DNA from: Octopus vulgaris
Taxonomy: Eukaryota
Reading direction: 5' to 3'
Assembly (NCBI GenBank): GCA_951406725.2
Contig: OX597816.1
Location: 28,458,001-28,522,000, forward strand
DNA length: 64,000 nucleotides
Numbering within the stretch: position 1 is the first letter of the stretch; each line of letters starts with the position of its first letter. Below the pieces are notes generated by a model. The model made no database searches and was not told the DNA's origin. It was given only the letters and a program-made list of their open reading frames with translations. Below are positions 1 to 14,645 of this stretch, piece by piece. A program made the translations under genes and the position numbers.

Positions 1-225
1 TCAGATGCCCTCAAAGCGTCGAGTGGTTCAGGATTGGTGATGTACCTGAGTTAATTCCAAGTGGTTACCCTCTATTGAAAAACTTCCATTGTTGTATTCT
101 TCTGATTTGATATTATTATTGTTTTAATAGTGTACTCATTGGTTTGTGTGAAATCCCCTCTGTCTACGTATACTGTATTGTATCATGTATGTCGGCCGTG
201 GTGGCCAATGAATGAAATAATAATA
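1..225 (+). mobile_element. Probable 3' UTR/terminus of a non-LTR retroelement ending in a (TAA)n tail
   Basis: Ends ...ggccgtggtggccaatgaatgaaataataataat, loosely resembling the 3' end of the Tx1-like element at 24040-24063 (cctgtgtggctaataaagaaaca); truncated by the window edge. Confidence 0.3.
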
Positions 226-235
226 ATAATGCAAT

Positions 236-1065
236 GCGAAGAACAAGATAATATGCATCAACACTCTAGCTGTCCCAGTTATAAGTTACAGCTAAAATAT
301 CTTTTATTGCACACTGAATGAATAATCGAAATAGACAGAAAAACAAGAAAATTACAGGATTTAGTATGCACCACTCAAACTCTGACATAGAAAGGTTATA
401 TATATACAACGTCTAGAAGGTGGTAGATGCTTTATACAGCTAGGAAACTATTACAAAATAACCACCATTGGATTACAAAAATGCCTACTTCGGAAGCAAG
501 GAAAAGTAATACAAATAGGCACAAAGCATAAACAAAACAAAAAACTGCTTTCAGTCATTACCGAAGCTGAGAAATACAAGAAAGAAGTCATAGTACCTGA
601 CAACTATGAATGAAAGAAGAAAGAAACAAACAAAGAAAATAAACAAAATCCTTAAAACAACTGAAATCCAAACTAAAACTGGAACAGCAACGGAAACGGA
701 TCATGATAAAACGACGGCAAGAAAAGAGCTTCCATAGCAAATACTGGTTAAAACTAACTGCAAAAGAAATATACAAAGTAAAATTCCAACGATGGCTGAG
801 AAGCTCAGGACTCACAGCAGAGATAATAATAATGATAAACATGCAATGAAAAGAAATACAAGTGCAGAATATGTGGAGATGGACAAGAAACCATAATCCG
901 TGTAGTCTTTGGCTGCCCAATCCTAGCTAAGAGGGAATATATTCACAGACATGACAGAGTTGGGACCCATATACACAGGACGCTACGTCAACAGAAAGAA
1001 GATGGTATACGAACACGCCGGAAAGCAACCATAGTATGGGATATGACGATACACACAGATAAAGA
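236..1065 (+). mobile_element. Degenerate R4/Dong-like RLE LINE fragment (RT thumb to CCHC/RHD region)
   Basis: Frameshifted translation gives INTLAVPVISYS, IDRKTRK, MHHSNSDIERLY, and KCRICGDGQETI...GCPILAKREYIHRHDRVG (zinc knuckle plus the RHD motif that precedes the RLE); followed by (TAA)n. Confidence 0.8.
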
Positions 1066-1106
1066 CAACAATAACAATAATAATGATAATATTAATAATA
1101 ATAATA

Positions 1107-1152
<46 letters not shown>

Positions 1153-1176
1153 TAATAATGATAATAATAATAATAA

Positions 1177-1732
1177 ATGCCCTGATGCAGTACCAGGCAG
1201 TGGCTCTCATGGCTTCTGATCTTAACTGATTGGAAGTGTTATCATGCACATTGTTTTGTCTTGGTATAAAAGATGGGCTACAGCAAATATTCTGCTCAAT
1301 ACCACAGATTTGCTTGTCAGTTGTTTGACCTTAACCAGTTGAGCATGTCCCTTAGTGGCTGACGATATGTGCATCTCTGATCACGAGCAGAAGTAGTGGG
1401 GGAGCATCATGGCCATGTGTTGAGAGGGATTCTTTGGAGTTTGAATGGTTCACCTCTGGAAACATAGGTGTTTCGTTCAACATCCTAAAGCAACCCTTAT
1501 TCAGGGACCGTTTGAGCAGGATGGGCTACTCAACCTGAAGAAAATTCTAACTGGGCCCCACCTGCAAGGTCATGTGCTGTTTATCTTGATATGAGATCAC
1601 CATGTCGCGCACATATGGTTGTGATGCATGTGCCTGGTGTACCTTTATCAGACGGGTAGTCATGATGGGTATATTGGGCTTCGTATATTTTACCCCAGTG
1701 TCACTTTGATGGCATGAACTGCTCTCTCACTC
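1177..1732 (+). mobile_element. ~555-bp non-coding repeat unit, copy 1, embedded in (TAA)n
   Basis: Near-identical to 1840-2395; begins atgccctgatgcagtaccagg and ends ctctctcactc; (TAA)n on both sides. Confidence 0.8.
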
Positions 1733-1739
1733 AATAATG

Positions 1740-2447
<708 letters not shown>

Positions 2448-2980
2448 GTATAGCACCAGGCAGCAGCTCTCATGGCTTCTTATCTTAACTGATTGGAAGT
2501 GTTATCATGTACATTGTTTTGTCTTGGTATAAAAGATGGGCTACAGCAAATATTCTGCTTAATACCATAGATTTGCTTATCAGTTGTTTGACCATAACCA
2601 GTTGAGTATGTCCTTTAGTGGCTGACGATATGTGCATCTCTGATCACGGGCAGAAGTAGTGGGGGAGCATCATAGCCATGTGTTGAGAGGGATTCTTTGA
2701 GATTTGGATATTTCACCTTTAAGAACATGGGTTTTTGCGTTCAGCGTCCTTAAACGAGCATTCTTTGGGGACCTTTTGAGCGACATGAGTAATCGACCTG
2801 AAGAAAATTCTAACTGGGTCCCACCTGCAAGGTCATGCGCTGTTTATCTTGATTCGAGATCACCATGTCGCGCATATATGATTGTTTTGCTTATGCCTGG
2901 TGTACACACCCTTATCAGACGTGCATACTGAGCTTCGTATATAAAGTGTCACTTTGATGGAATACGTTGCTCTCTCACTG
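2448..2980 (+). mobile_element. ~555-bp non-coding repeat unit, copy 3 (more diverged)
   Basis: Same sequence with more substitutions and small deletions; ends ctctcactg followed by (GAT)n/(TAA)n. Confidence 0.75.
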
Positions 2981-3300
<320 letters not shown>

Positions 3301-3428
3301 TCTCGTCCTTTACTTCACTTCCCCAAAATTTCCTCCTTCACACACACATTTCCCTCTTACCTCTCTCTCTATGTCTCCTCCTCCTCCTCTCCTCCTCTCT
3401 CTCTCCCATTCACTTTCTCTTTATCTAT

Positions 3429-4092
3429 TTATTACATCTGCCTAAGTGAAGGCGGTAGTATTGTTTTCAGTCGTGTCTGTTTGTTTGTCCGTGGACAAGA
3501 TATCTCAAACACTGCTGAATGTATTCGGATGAAACTTTCAGAAATGTTTTGCCCTGTGACTAGCGCGGTTTCGTTAGATTTTGAGATCGGTCAGGTATCG
3601 GACAAGGATTCTGGATTATTATTTATATTTTCTTTACTTTACATGTATATGCTAAGTTTCACATAGTTCTCTTGTACATACACACATATATACTCACTCT
3701 TCAAACGCCGTTTATCGGCTTTTTCACTCCTTCCTTCGTTATTCATCTAGCACCCTCTCCTTTCTCATTCACACGACGATCTCTTTGCCATTTCGTTTCG
3801 TCTTTCTCATTGCTATTACTTTCTCTCACTACCTCTCATTCATGGTTATTACTCGCATAACTTCTTCACTGTATTTGTACTTCATCTTCTCTCCCTTCAC
3901 TTATCACTCAATATATATATATTTGGATTATCTTCCTGTTTGAGAGCGATTGCGTTCATTTTTATTATTCGTGTTTGTGAGAGCAGACGATATTATTTCA
4001 GATATTCTCACTTTAAAAATCATCTCCAGTTAATCGTTGAGAGGAAGTTTGTGTTGCGTTGGCGGAGGTTTGCGCTCCCTGAGTGCTCTTGT
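3429..4092 (+). mobile_element. Helentron-associated non-autonomous element (HINE/DINE-1-like)
   Basis: 5' subterminal repeat acatctgcctaa with a nearby ggcgg inverted repeat, a tgtctgtttgtttgtcc tract, 3' subterminal ttggcggaggt and a short terminal hairpin gcgctc-cct-gagtgc; T-rich flanks. Confidence 0.6.
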
Positions 4093-4118
4093 ATCATTAT
4101 TATCATTATTATTATTAA

Positions 4119-4181
<63 letters not shown>

Positions 4182-4187
4182 CATTAC

Positions 4188-4284
<97 letters not shown>

Positions 4285-4339
4285 GTTGTTGTTGTTGTTA
4301 TTATTATTGTTATTATTATTATCATTACCATTACTATTA

Positions 4340-4383
<44 letters not shown>
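4093..4383. repeat. (TTA)n microsatellite, imperfect
   Basis: Seen directly. Confidence 0.95.
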
Positions 4384-4386
<3 letters not shown>

Positions 4387-4738
4387 TAATTTTATTTTTA
4401 TAACGTGCTTTCAATTCACTACGTTGGCTATGTTCTGTGGTTTGCAGTGATGCTATTATGGTTACTGTAGAATGTGTGCAGTGCCCAGTAGTGCAATTTT
4501 CTGTATGTTATATATATTTGTGAGTACTGGTGTTTTTGTTATGTATTTGTCTAAATAGTTATTTTTCATATCTAATGCACCCACTGTGTTTGGAATTATT
4601 TGTTTTTAGATTCCACATTCGTGTTACCTCTATTTCCAGGTTTTTGTCTTTTGAAAGTTTCTCCATTTCTTTTAGAGAATTGTTGTCATCTCCTGGTATT
4701 GATACATCAATTAGAAAGCATCTTTTCTTCAGGATCTC

Positions 4739-4739
<1 letters not shown>
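4384..4739 (-). mobile_element. 5'-truncated 3'-end copy of the R4/Dong-like LINE
   Basis: Almost identical to 4788-5143; separated from it by a (TTA)n tract. Confidence 0.8.
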
Positions 4740-4787
<48 letters not shown>

Positions 4788-4791
<4 letters not shown>

Positions 4792-6570
4792 TAATTTTAT
4801 TTTTATAACGTGCTTTCACTTCACTACGTTGGCTATGTTCTGTGGTTTGCAGTGATGCTATTATGGTTACTGTAGAATGTGTGCAGTGCCCAGTAGTGCA
4901 ATTTTCTGTATGTTATATATATTTGTGAGTACTGGTGTTTTTGTTATGTATTTGTCTAAATAGTTATTTTTCATATCTAATGCACCCACTGTGTTTGGAA
5001 TTATTTGTTTTTAGATTCCACATTCGTGTTACCTCTATTTCCAGGTTTTTGTGTTTTGAAAGTTTCTCCATTTCTTTTAGAGAATTGTTGTCATCTCCTG
5101 GTATTGATACATCAATTAGAAAGCATCTTTTCTTCAGGATCTCTGACAACTATATCTAGCCTATTGGCCTTAATTTATCTGTGTGTATTAGCATATTCCA
5201 TACTATGGTTGCTTTCTCTAGCTGTAACTTATAACTGGGACAGCTAGCGTGTTGATACCTATTATCTTCTTTTAGCATTGAGCTATGTTTTCAATATTGA
5301 TCTTTATTTTTTCTTTCATTTGTGTGTTGTATCGTATCTAGTTCATTGATTCCTAAATATTTGTATGCTTGGATTTGGTCTAATTCTCTTATTTCATTGG
5401 CTATATTTAGTGTGAAGTTGCTACTCTTAGCTAGTTTTTCTCTTTTCAAGGTTGCTTTGGCACATTTTTCTAAGCCAAATTTCATATTTATTTCTTTGGT
5501 AAATCCATGTACTGTCTGTAGTAGTGTTTCCAGCTGTTTATCATTTGTAGTGTACAGTTTAAGGTCATCCACATATAAGAGGTGGCTGATTTTTTTGCCG
5601 TAACAATTGTATCCGCATCCAGTTCTGTTTAGAATGTCAGATAAAGGTGTCAGTTCCAAATAGAAAAGGAGTCGAGAGAGCGTGTCTCCCAGGCATACTC
5701 CTCTTCTTATGGGAAAGGCATTGGTTTTCGCGAGTTCCATTTTTGTTTAGAGCTGAAGCACTGTCTGACATTTATTAATAGAGTGTTTTATGTATTCTAT
5801 AATTATTGGTGCTACCTTTTTCATGGCTAGTATTTCGAAGATCCATGCGTAAGGAATACTATCATAAGCCTTTCGTTAGTTGATCCAGGCCATACTGAGG
5901 CTTTTCCTCCTTCTGCGGCTGCTTCATTTATGGCTTTATTGATTATCAGTTGATCTTTACAGCCGTATGAGCCCTTGCAGCATCCATTGTGCTCTTCTGG
6001 AAACAGGTTGTTTTCTTCCAGATGCTTGCTCAATCTCTGCGATATTATTTCAGTAAAGGCTTTGTAAATTGTAGGGAGACAGGTTATTGGTCTGTAGCTT
6101 TGTGAGCTTGCCGTTTCAGTGGATTTGGAAATTAAGATAGTTTTCCATTTCGTGAGCCATTCAAGCATTGTCTCTGGCTCTGCTACTATGTCGTTAAAGG
6201 TTTCAGCCAGTTTTTGTGTTCCTATCAGATATTTGAACCAGAAATTGGAGATCTCGTGCCCAGGTGCCTTTCAGTTTCTTAGTCTTTGCAGTGGTATAAG
6301 GGTCCAGATTTATTGAGGTGCTGAGTTCGTTGTTTTAATAGTCCTTCTCTGATGTTGTTCCTTCGTCGACCATATTTCTTTCCAGAATTTTCCACTTCAT
6401 CTGCTATTGGCGCTGCATTGATGTCTATTTTACTTTTGTCAACTTCTTGGTAGAATTCTTTGGGGTTGGAGTTGAACTGTTTGTTATGTCCAAAGAAACG
6501 TTGGCGTTTCTGACACCGGCGGATCCTTTGTCTTTGGCAAAGATATCTTGCTTCAGTTTTTCTTTTAATA
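4788..6570 (-). mobile_element. R4/Dong-like RLE LINE, degenerate and internally deleted (RT plus restriction-like endonuclease)
   Basis: ORF pieces YRPITCLPTIYK...GCKDQLII (5827-6168), RGVCLGDTLS...ISHLLYVDDLKLY...MKFGLEKCA...YKYLG (5291-5740) and CFLIDVSIPGD...KEMEKLSK...MW (4964-5149); (TAA)n at both ends in element orientation. Confidence 0.9.
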
Positions 6571-6705
<135 letters not shown>

Positions 6706-8649
6706 TTTTAAAATTTTTTTATTATTATTATATGATGATGATAATGGTGGTAGTGGTGGTAACGATGGTGATAATGATCATGATGATGATCATGACTGCA
6801 ACCAATTTCTGTTTAATGTCAGCAATTTTAAAGTTGAGTGGGTAAGTAGATAGCATGCACCGCAGTACTTGACTGTTATTTTAGTTTTCTGACATCGAGT
6901 GTTTGAAGCATAAGATTGACCTGGATTGGATTTGAACTGAAAATGTAAACTACCGGAAAAAATACAGTAGCTCTGTTTTGTCAGATGTTTTAAGCCTTCT
7001 GTGAATTTACTGCAAATCAATGAATGAATCAGTGAAATGAAATATAATTTTTCAGGAAGGAAATCTGTGTTGTTAAAGAAGAGAAAATACCTGTCAGTAA
7101 TGGAGAGTTGCTATCAAGTTACGTGAGAACGAAGACAACGTTTTAATTGAAACTAGTCGATTAAAAGGTCAATACTTGAGTTGAAAGTAATCACGTGCGT
7201 GTCAATCTGTAGAATAATTTTTGTGTAATGAAGCGATTTAAGTTGGATGGTACAGTATAAAGGTCAGCCTACTTAAAGCTGGGATGTTCTTTATGGAGAT
7301 GGAGTACAAAAGTTGGAAGCAGCAGAACACGACTGTCTCTGTCTTTAGTCATCGCTATAACTGATCTTTCATGTATTTAGTATTTTCAAACCTTCGTATT
7401 GCGTTTGAGAAGAACACTGCATTTGCTTCAGTGTATCATTGTAATTCTGATCTACTTTAACACACACAAACACAAACACACACACACACAAATACACACA
7501 CACACGCACACATACACATACACACCCACACACCTAGAGATACACGCACATGCACGAATACGCACACGCACACATATATATGCAGTTGAAGGAACGTGTA
7601 CATTTGTTCAGAGGCTAATACCGAAAGTTTCATGTTTTATAAATCTATATTAGACATTCGCACTCATATGCACATCTTCACACGCATGCAAAAACATGCA
7701 TTGCATATTTTGAGATAAACATGCACAAATCGCATGCTAGCATATGTGTCAGTTTTATCATCATCGTTATCATTATTATTATTATTATTATTATTATTGT
7801 TGTTGTTTTTGTTGCTGTTGTTATTGTTATTATTGTTATTATTACTACTTCTCCCTCAAACGCCAGGCGCTTTTCACCGTCAGGAAGTGTGAACGTTTGT
7901 TTCGAAGTGCATTACACGCGTGATAATGTTAAAATGTCGATATCAAAGTGAAAATGCTGAAATAATTATATGGCTGATGGCTTTTAGCTGATATCATAAT
8001 CTTGTTATAATATCTCTGCATACTGCCTAACATGGTGGACAGGCTGCAGTTATAAAACATCACACAAGGTGATATTGATAGCGTGTGAGTTAGGAATGAG
8101 TGTTGTGTAAAAATGTGACGAATGCACAGAAAAATGGTCTTTAGAAATATCGAGAATTATATAGAGAGACAACATTCAAAAGGACACTTAGTTCCGATGT
8201 TGCAAAGAATAGTTAAAAAACTTAGAAAACATAAATATAGACATAGCTTGAGGTCATCATATATGTATATATATATAGAAAAACATGGATTTCGTTTCGC
8301 AAATGAGACGGGAAAGTGGGAGGGACAGAGAGAAGACAGGGAGAAATAAAACTATTATACAATAAAATAGAAAGAGCAAAAGATAAGGCAGATCATTAAG
8401 ACATTCGCATGGGAATGAGATTGTGTGTATGTAAGTGTATGTGCGTGTGTGTGTGTGTATGTGCCTATAAGTAATTATTTGGACTTTGGGTATGTGTCTA
8501 GTAGCATGCCGATTAAAGCACGTAGACAGTTTCAGCTACATGATGTCGGATATGGTATAATTGTCAGTGGATTTGTGTCAAGAAGTCTGCAGTGTCCGTT
8601 GGGCTTATAATGAATGAGGGAAACGGAAAATGGATTTATCAAAAATATT

Positions 8650-8763
8650 TATTCAACATATCGATTGTTTCGATTCATCCTGCATCGATTCATCCTACGG
8701 GTGGCACATTGCACGGCTGCTTGTGTTGCATCGATCTTTGCAGGTTCCATTTTCGTCAGGTGA
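8650..8763 (-). ncRNA. Hammerhead-ribozyme-like motif with extended stem II, degenerate copy (family H3)
   Basis: Minus strand: ucac CUGACGA ...long insert... uc GAAAC; paralogous to 11414-11527 within a repeat shared by ~8608-8770 and ~11373-11540. Confidence 0.45.
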
Positions 8764-8924
8764 CACGTTTTAACTAAGATGCTACATTACATACACTGAA
8801 TTTCGCGAAACTCAGTATATGTAACGTCTCCCCTCATTCCCTATGTTCCTTATATTCCGTTCTGTATATATATATATTACCTGTACAGGTGCAAATGGGA
8901 CCCACATGTTACATGTCGAAATGA

Positions 8925-9031
8925 TCGCAAGGTGAAATGAAGAGCTTTGCTCAATAACATAACACAACTCCCGGTCTGGGAATCGAAAAAAATGATCTCG
9001 AAAACACCCTAACCACTAAGCCATGCGCCTT
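8925..9031 (-). mobile_element. tRNA-head SINE 5' fragment
   Basis: Minus strand aggcgcatggcttagtggttaggg...tcgattcccagaccggg with A/B-box-like head. Confidence 0.6.
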
Positions 9032-9037
9032 CACAAT

Positions 9038-9098
<61 letters not shown>

Positions 9099-9810
9099 TA
9101 AGAAGTATGTCATGTCTGTGTACACGTATATATATATACATGCCAGTAAACGGACATACGTTCACATACACATACACATGTACACACTCTCACAGACACA
9201 TCTGCCCATTCTCCTAGACACTCACATACATACGTAGCACATGAATACAAACATACATACATACCTACGTATGGCCATACACACGTACATACGCACGTAC
9301 ATGTACGCACACACATACATGGGCACATGCACACCAGCGCGTATACATACATACGCACATGTGTACGTATGTACATACACACATACATACACACATACAT
9401 ACATACATACATACATACATACATACATACATACATACGCACAATAGTAAAACAATAGTTCTGTGATATAGAGATAAAAATCTGATAATAGATTTTAGAG
9501 TATAGTTTTGGGAGTAAGCGTCATAAATCTCTTTCTAGCTTCGGCCGTAGGAAGTTGAAACTTGATAGCTTTGTGATGAGTGGTCACTCTACATCCATCC
9601 ATCGCTACAGGTTTATAGCTTTATGTTTTATAGAGTGTATGTGCGTGTATATACACACACATACATATATACATACATACATACATACATACATACATTC
9701 ATACACAGGCGTATGTGCGTACATGCATACGTACATACGTACACACATGTATGCATACATACACACATACATACGTACATATATATGACGAACTAACTGT
9801 TACTTTCTTA

Positions 9811-10012
9811 GATGCAGCACGGACTTTGTCAGTGAACAGGTCGCGGATTTTAGCGACGAAAATATTTCGACAAATTAAACTTAAATGTTGAAGTGAATCG
9901 AACGGCTTTTGTGTGTTTCTTAAATGGGTTATAAACACCTTCCACGCTGCAATTGTTTTCGTTTCAGCACACGATCTCAGATCAAATTACTTGCTATGCG
10001 AGTACATCTCCG

Positions 10013-10014
<2 letters not shown>
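9811..10014 (+). mobile_element. Short (TA)n-abutting repeat carrying a G3-C8 hammerhead motif (family H1; Penelope terminal-repeat/retrozyme-like)
   Basis: Near-identical inverted copy at 25881-26085; both end in a (TA)n tract. Confidence 0.7.
9825..9874 (+). ncRNA. Minimal type I hammerhead ribozyme motif, G3-C8 core variant
   Basis: UUUGUCA GUGAACA G GUCGC GGAUUUUA GCGAC GAA AAUAUU U CGACAAA; one mismatch in stem I. Confidence 0.65.
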
Positions 10015-10076
<62 letters not shown>

Positions 10077-10352
10077 TATATACATATATATATACGTGTG
10101 TATATATATGTTTGTATGTTTATATGCATTACTGTAACACTGTACCGACTGGACTATCAGTTGTTATACATCGCTAGTCACAAAGCATTCCCCATTGTCG
10201 AGGTGGACTTGCAGTGGTCTTTTCCGATCTCATGAATAGCGCTCGACAACTGCATTGGTATGCCTGTCGTATTTGAACACTGTTAGACTTCCAGCTCAGC
10301 AGGTCTTGTGCATACAGACACACACACGCATATACAAACATCTCTCTGCCTT

Positions 10353-10390
<38 letters not shown>

Positions 10391-10934
10391 ATCTATCTAT
10401 CTATCTATCTGTCTATCCATATCTATGATTATTTTTGTATTCAACCAGTTTTTTGAGGCGTACAAGCAAGACAAGTAATGGATTAAGTTGAAGACTAAAA
10501 TGCTCATAAAAAAAAAATTGTTCTTTTTTCTTCTCGTGAAATTGGAAGCTATCACATGTGTAGCCATCTTTTTTCTTCTTTGTGTTCATAGATGAATGAC
10601 AAAACAGTGACATATAAAACCTTCTAACTGCTGCTTAAGAACAAAACATCGATGAAACATTCTTTTCTAATGTAAATTTGAGAAAACCAGCGTCTTGTCA
10701 AGTACCGGATTTGTATTAAGATAGAGAAAACTGTAAAATTTCGATTGAAAGAATGTAGTAAGTTGTCAGGAAAGAATATCACAACGGTGTTGAAGGATAA
10801 ATAAAGACATCCCTTGGTAGGGAACTTTTCTATAATGCTGTTCTCATATGCTAAATTAAATACTAATACAGGTACTAATACAGGAAAATGTTTCTTTAAA
10901 ATAGGCATGCGCACACAGCACACACATACACACA

Positions 10935-10984
<50 letters not shown>

Positions 10985-10987
<3 letters not shown>

Positions 10988-11192
10988 GCCAGTTCGCCAT
11001 TCACCATGATAAATCGTTAGCCACTAAACCTTTTTTCTATTTTTTCTCCCTATTTATTTTTGTTTTCTTTTCTGTCGAAGAGCGTAGGCTCGAAATGTGA
11101 AAGACTGTCTCAATTCCTGAGCGTTAAACTAATACATATGTTAGTTGTTTACACACCCGTCTTCGTCTTTTTGTTTTTTTGTAAATTCTCAA
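10985..11192 (+). mobile_element. Short (TA)n-abutting repeat, family H2, with hammerhead-like motif at 11068-11103
   Basis: UUUU CUGUCGA A GAGC GUAG GCUC GAA AUGU G AAAG; paralogous to 54060-54242 and 63388-63545. Confidence 0.6.
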
Positions 11193-11233
<41 letters not shown>

Positions 11234-11413
11234 CTTTTGGACCATAGGTATATGTCTAGTATTATGCTGATCATAGCTCTTTCACCATTTAGGCTACCTG
11301 ATGTAATCCACAGTTATGGTATACGTATCACTGGATCTACGTCAGGAATTTCGCTGTGTTTGTTGAGTATACAATGAATGAGGGGAACGGAGAAAGGAGT
11401 TAGCAAGCATCTT

Positions 11414-11527
11414 TATTCAACACAACGATCGTTTCGACCCATCCTCTATCTGTTCCTTACGAGTGGGATATTGTACAACTAGATGTTTTGCATCAACCAG
11501 TGCAGAATGCATCTCGTCGGGTGAATA
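11414..11527 (-). ncRNA. Hammerhead-ribozyme-like motif with extended stem II (family H3)
   Basis: Minus strand: UAUUCAC CCGACGA GA...~80 nt...UC GAA ACGAUCGU U GUG UUGAAUA; palindromic stem III; AAUAAA directly downstream. Confidence 0.5.
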
Positions 11528-14287
11528 GTTTCAGATAAGATAATTCGCTTGGCATGTTGTTGGCTACACTGATAGGAGAGGGAAGCAATTCTCGGATTAT
11601 AACCGGTAAATGGGTCTGGCTATAGTTCACAGTGAATACATGACAGATTAAAGTAATAAAAGATAAACTAAACAATGACAAAGGATACGAATTAAAAGAT
11701 AAAATGAAGATAAATGTACACTTGCTGACATTAGCACATATAGACGCACATACATACACCACACACGCACGAAACTCTTTGAGTGTAGAAAATACTGATT
11801 TCACGACGTTAACACCTTCATGCGGATTTAGAAATTCTAAAGAAGCACAATGTAAAAGCGCACTTTTGATGCAAGTCTGATGAAGTCTAATGTGCAAACA
11901 TTCCGTAAACTTTCACTTCGAATTTTTGCGTAAACTGGTATTGCAAACATGTGTGAGGGTTGAGCGCGCGTGAGTGTGTATGTGTGGTTAGTGCATAGCC
12001 TACATAGCCTAATGGCTACGGAGTGTAACTCAAGATCCAATTGTCTTCATATGGATTTCCGGACCGGGCAGTCAGTTGTGTTCTTACGGAAAACACTTCA
12101 TTTCAGACTGTTGTTTGGCAGCTTTTCTTTGGCGCACCTCGTACCTGTACAGGCACTGTCGATTTGATTGGATCACATCTTTGCACAAATATGCACCTGT
12201 GTGCGTTTGTGTTTGTTCCGCATCACTGCTTGACAATGATTGTCTGTTTGATTCGGTCGCCGTAACGTAAAGGATCAAGGAAAAAAGGTGCCCCAGGGTA
12301 GCTGTGATCTAATGACTGAAACAAGTAAAATATATATATATACACGTACGTTTGTGTGCGTGTGTTTTCGTAGAAAGGCGTAGAGCACAAAAATAAAGGG
12401 CATAATATGTTTTGACTATTAAGACCGCCTCAAAAGTCTTGGGAGTCTTTTCTCGTCTTGACCGACTTCGATACTGTATCACTGACCGAAATATATGGAA
12501 AATATACGAATAGCTCGCCCGAAATATCTGAAAAGTCTTGTTTAAAAGTAACAAAAATTTAGGATCGCTCTTGAAATCAATATAAAAATTACGCTTGCAA
12601 ATCATTTTAGTTATTTCCAAATAAATATTCACTTAAACCTGCCTAAGTATACTGATCATTATTCGAAAGCAAATCAAATGGAAATATATTTCACATGATC
12701 CTTAAATGATTATTAGACATATCAATCTAGTAAAATGTTAGGTATAACGATACAAAATATTCATGATATACCGATTCAGGGCTTATACGCGTTTAACAAA
12801 CATTAGAATTAACTAGACATAGCATGATCCAGTTTAACTATATAATTATAGATAAATGCATACACATGCACAAAGACACACACACGCTTGTATGACATGA
12901 CTTGTCATTGTAGTGCACCACAGTGTGCCATCTGCATCTATTCCAGAAAATAAGTGTAGGTTAGAGCAGAACTTCCGCCGTTGTGATCGTTTTCAAATAT
13001 TACAGATTTTGGTATCGCTGAGGTGAATTTCTTTGCGCACGAATAGAGGCAGTTTTCATTGCGGCCCTTGTATGAGGAGATAAATGAGAATGTCTTTGTT
13101 TATGTGGCCTGGCTAAAAAGAGCAAGCGATTAAGGAACATATAAGATGGAAGACAGAGCAATTTGAAGTTGTGTATTGTATAATTTGATTTTTTAGCATC
13201 GAATGAAAAGATGTGGAAAATGCATGTGTCAATTTGTATACCGGTATATTGAGAAGCGATAAACTGAGAATAAATTGGCTATGCTGTCTTGATAAGCGTA
13301 ATGCATTATGTTACCTGTTATAGAGAGGAGTGGATTACTGGTGTAATGGAAGTTATGGTTTGTCCAGTGAAGTGGTGGTGGTGGTGGGGGTACAATTTGC
13401 ATGAAAGTTATTTATGTCCTTAAGAAGGATTACAAACTGTGTACTGTTTCATGGAACAAAAAGGGGTAAATATTATTTTGGCGAGAAACATTATAATTTA
13501 CCCCCTCCCCTCTCCGCCGAAATTTCTTAATTTTTAACTGTTTTTCGAATTTTGTTTTTTATGCACGTGGAAAAATACAGAGATTATGAATGAGGGAAAT
13601 ATAATCTGTTTTTGAAAATTTATTTTTTCTGAAAGAAATACTGAATGCCCCTTCCCTCACATCGGCCACTAATCGGCTACCCGCTTTCGGGCGAAATGCA
13701 AATCTCCTGTTTGGAAAACATAGGAATGTGAGTAAATTGAGGAAAAAATAAGTGTTTGGGTACGCAAATGTCATCTTAGGCATGCTAAAAACAACAGGTA
13801 AAGGATAAGGTTTCTAAGATAACTTCCTTGTAAGTTTAAATGGAAGATCAGGTTTTGAAACAGGAATGATAGAATAGGAAAAAAGTAAGTTCCATGGGAT
13901 TTGAGCTGTAATTTAGCGCACAACAAAAAATAACGTAATTCATACAGAACTTTAACTCTGTGTGCGTGTGTGTGTTTGACAAAGGAAGTTATTTTTGCAT
14001 ACCTTTCTTACTTCCAAAAGAAGGAACGGATAGTGAAATTGTAATATGTTAACAGTAGAAATTGTTTATGAGAAATTGATAGAGAAAGATAATGCCTAAA
14101 TCTATGCAATCGTGAAACATGGGACGAAAGTGAAAATGACCTTAAAACTGTATGATGCGACCTCATTTCTCGGCGTCCTCGCCTCTCCTACGTTCTCCCA
14201 TCTTTGTGTCACTTTCTTTCACCTTCACCGAGAGAACATGCAGTATCAATTATGTGCTGGCTTTCTTTCACTTTCAACTTTAGAACA

Positions 14288-14645
14288 TGGAAGCACTACG
14301 TCGGTTACGACGACGAGGGTTCCGGTTTATCCGATCAACGGAACAGCCTGCTCGTGAAATTAACGTGTAAGTGGCTGAGCACTCCACAGACACGTGTACA
14401 CTTAACGTAGTTCTCGGGGATATTCAGCGTGACACAGAGAGTGACAAGCTGGCCCTTTGAAATACAGGTACAACAGAAACAGGAAGTAAGAGTGAGAGAA
14501 AGTTGTGGTGAAAGAGTACAGTAGGGATCACCACCATCCCTGCCGGAGCCTGGTGGGGCTTTTAGGTATTTTCGCTCAATAGACACTCACAACGCCCGGT
14601 CTGGGAATCAGTCCGCTGCCCTAACCACTGGGCCATTGCGCATCC
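14288..14645 (-). mobile_element. tRNA-head SINE family A
   Basis: Reverse complement of 15497-15875 with a small deletion in the head; candidate 8-bp TSD tagaacat (14281-14288 / 14648-14655). Confidence 0.9.

Noticed and set aside
1177-1260. HDV-like ribozyme at the 5' end of the 555-bp unit
   Set aside because: A P3/L3-like hairpin can be drawn, but no P1 pairing could be found
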